From Lingula anatina (lineage: Eukaryota; Animalia; Brachiopoda), in NCBI GenBank assembly GCA_051362555.1, contig CM120643.1:11630644-11694643 (forward strand): a stretch of DNA of 64,000 nt, read 5' to 3'. Positions 63,895-64,000 of this stretch are shown piece after piece (the first letter of the stretch is position 1; the number at the start of each line of letters is the position of its first letter). The notes beneath the pieces were generated by a model that was given only the letters and a program-made list of their open reading frames with translations, ran no database searches and was not told the DNA's origin. A program made the translations under genes and the position numbers.

Positions 63895-64000
63895 CCAATC
63901 CGATTGTGACTTTCACTTCGTGTAGCGCTGGATCCCCTTATTTGCATAACGCATTGTATAAATATAAAACACTCCTATCCTCCAACATTCAAAAACAGAC
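63895..64000 (+). promoter_or_regulatory. Pol II promoter with CCAAT, GATCC, octamer and TATA elements (histone H2B-like)
   Basis: CCAAT 63895-63899, GATCC 63931-63935, ATTTGCAT 63940-63947, TATAAA 63957-63962, CATTC ~63986-63990. Confidence 0.5.

Overview
This is AT-rich, intron-rich animal DNA, probably from a marine invertebrate (taxon inferred, not proven). It holds two convergent spliced genes. On the + strand is the 3' part of an SLC9A/NHE Na+/H+ exchanger (exons 4093-31148, with an ~18 kb last intron and an acidic tail ending in ETYV). On the - strand is a complete 17-exon PDPR-family flavoprotein gene (60610->35128, ~909 aa from my exon assembly). PDPR intron 11 (38501-51053) carries two passengers on the same strand: an uninterrupted 709-aa cGAS-like receptor ORF (Mab-21 nucleotidyltransferase plus TPR-like tail, 40584-42713) and a decayed DIRS1-type retrotransposon with intact ITR/ICR termini (45613-50454). 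A splice acceptor just upstream of the cGLR ORF is in frame with the PDPR exon-11 donor, so a PDPR-cGLR fusion is possible. Introns also hold Helentron/HINE-like elements with internal satellites and several MITE families. The window ends in a histone-H2B-like promoter. All family assignments are from motif recall, with no database search.
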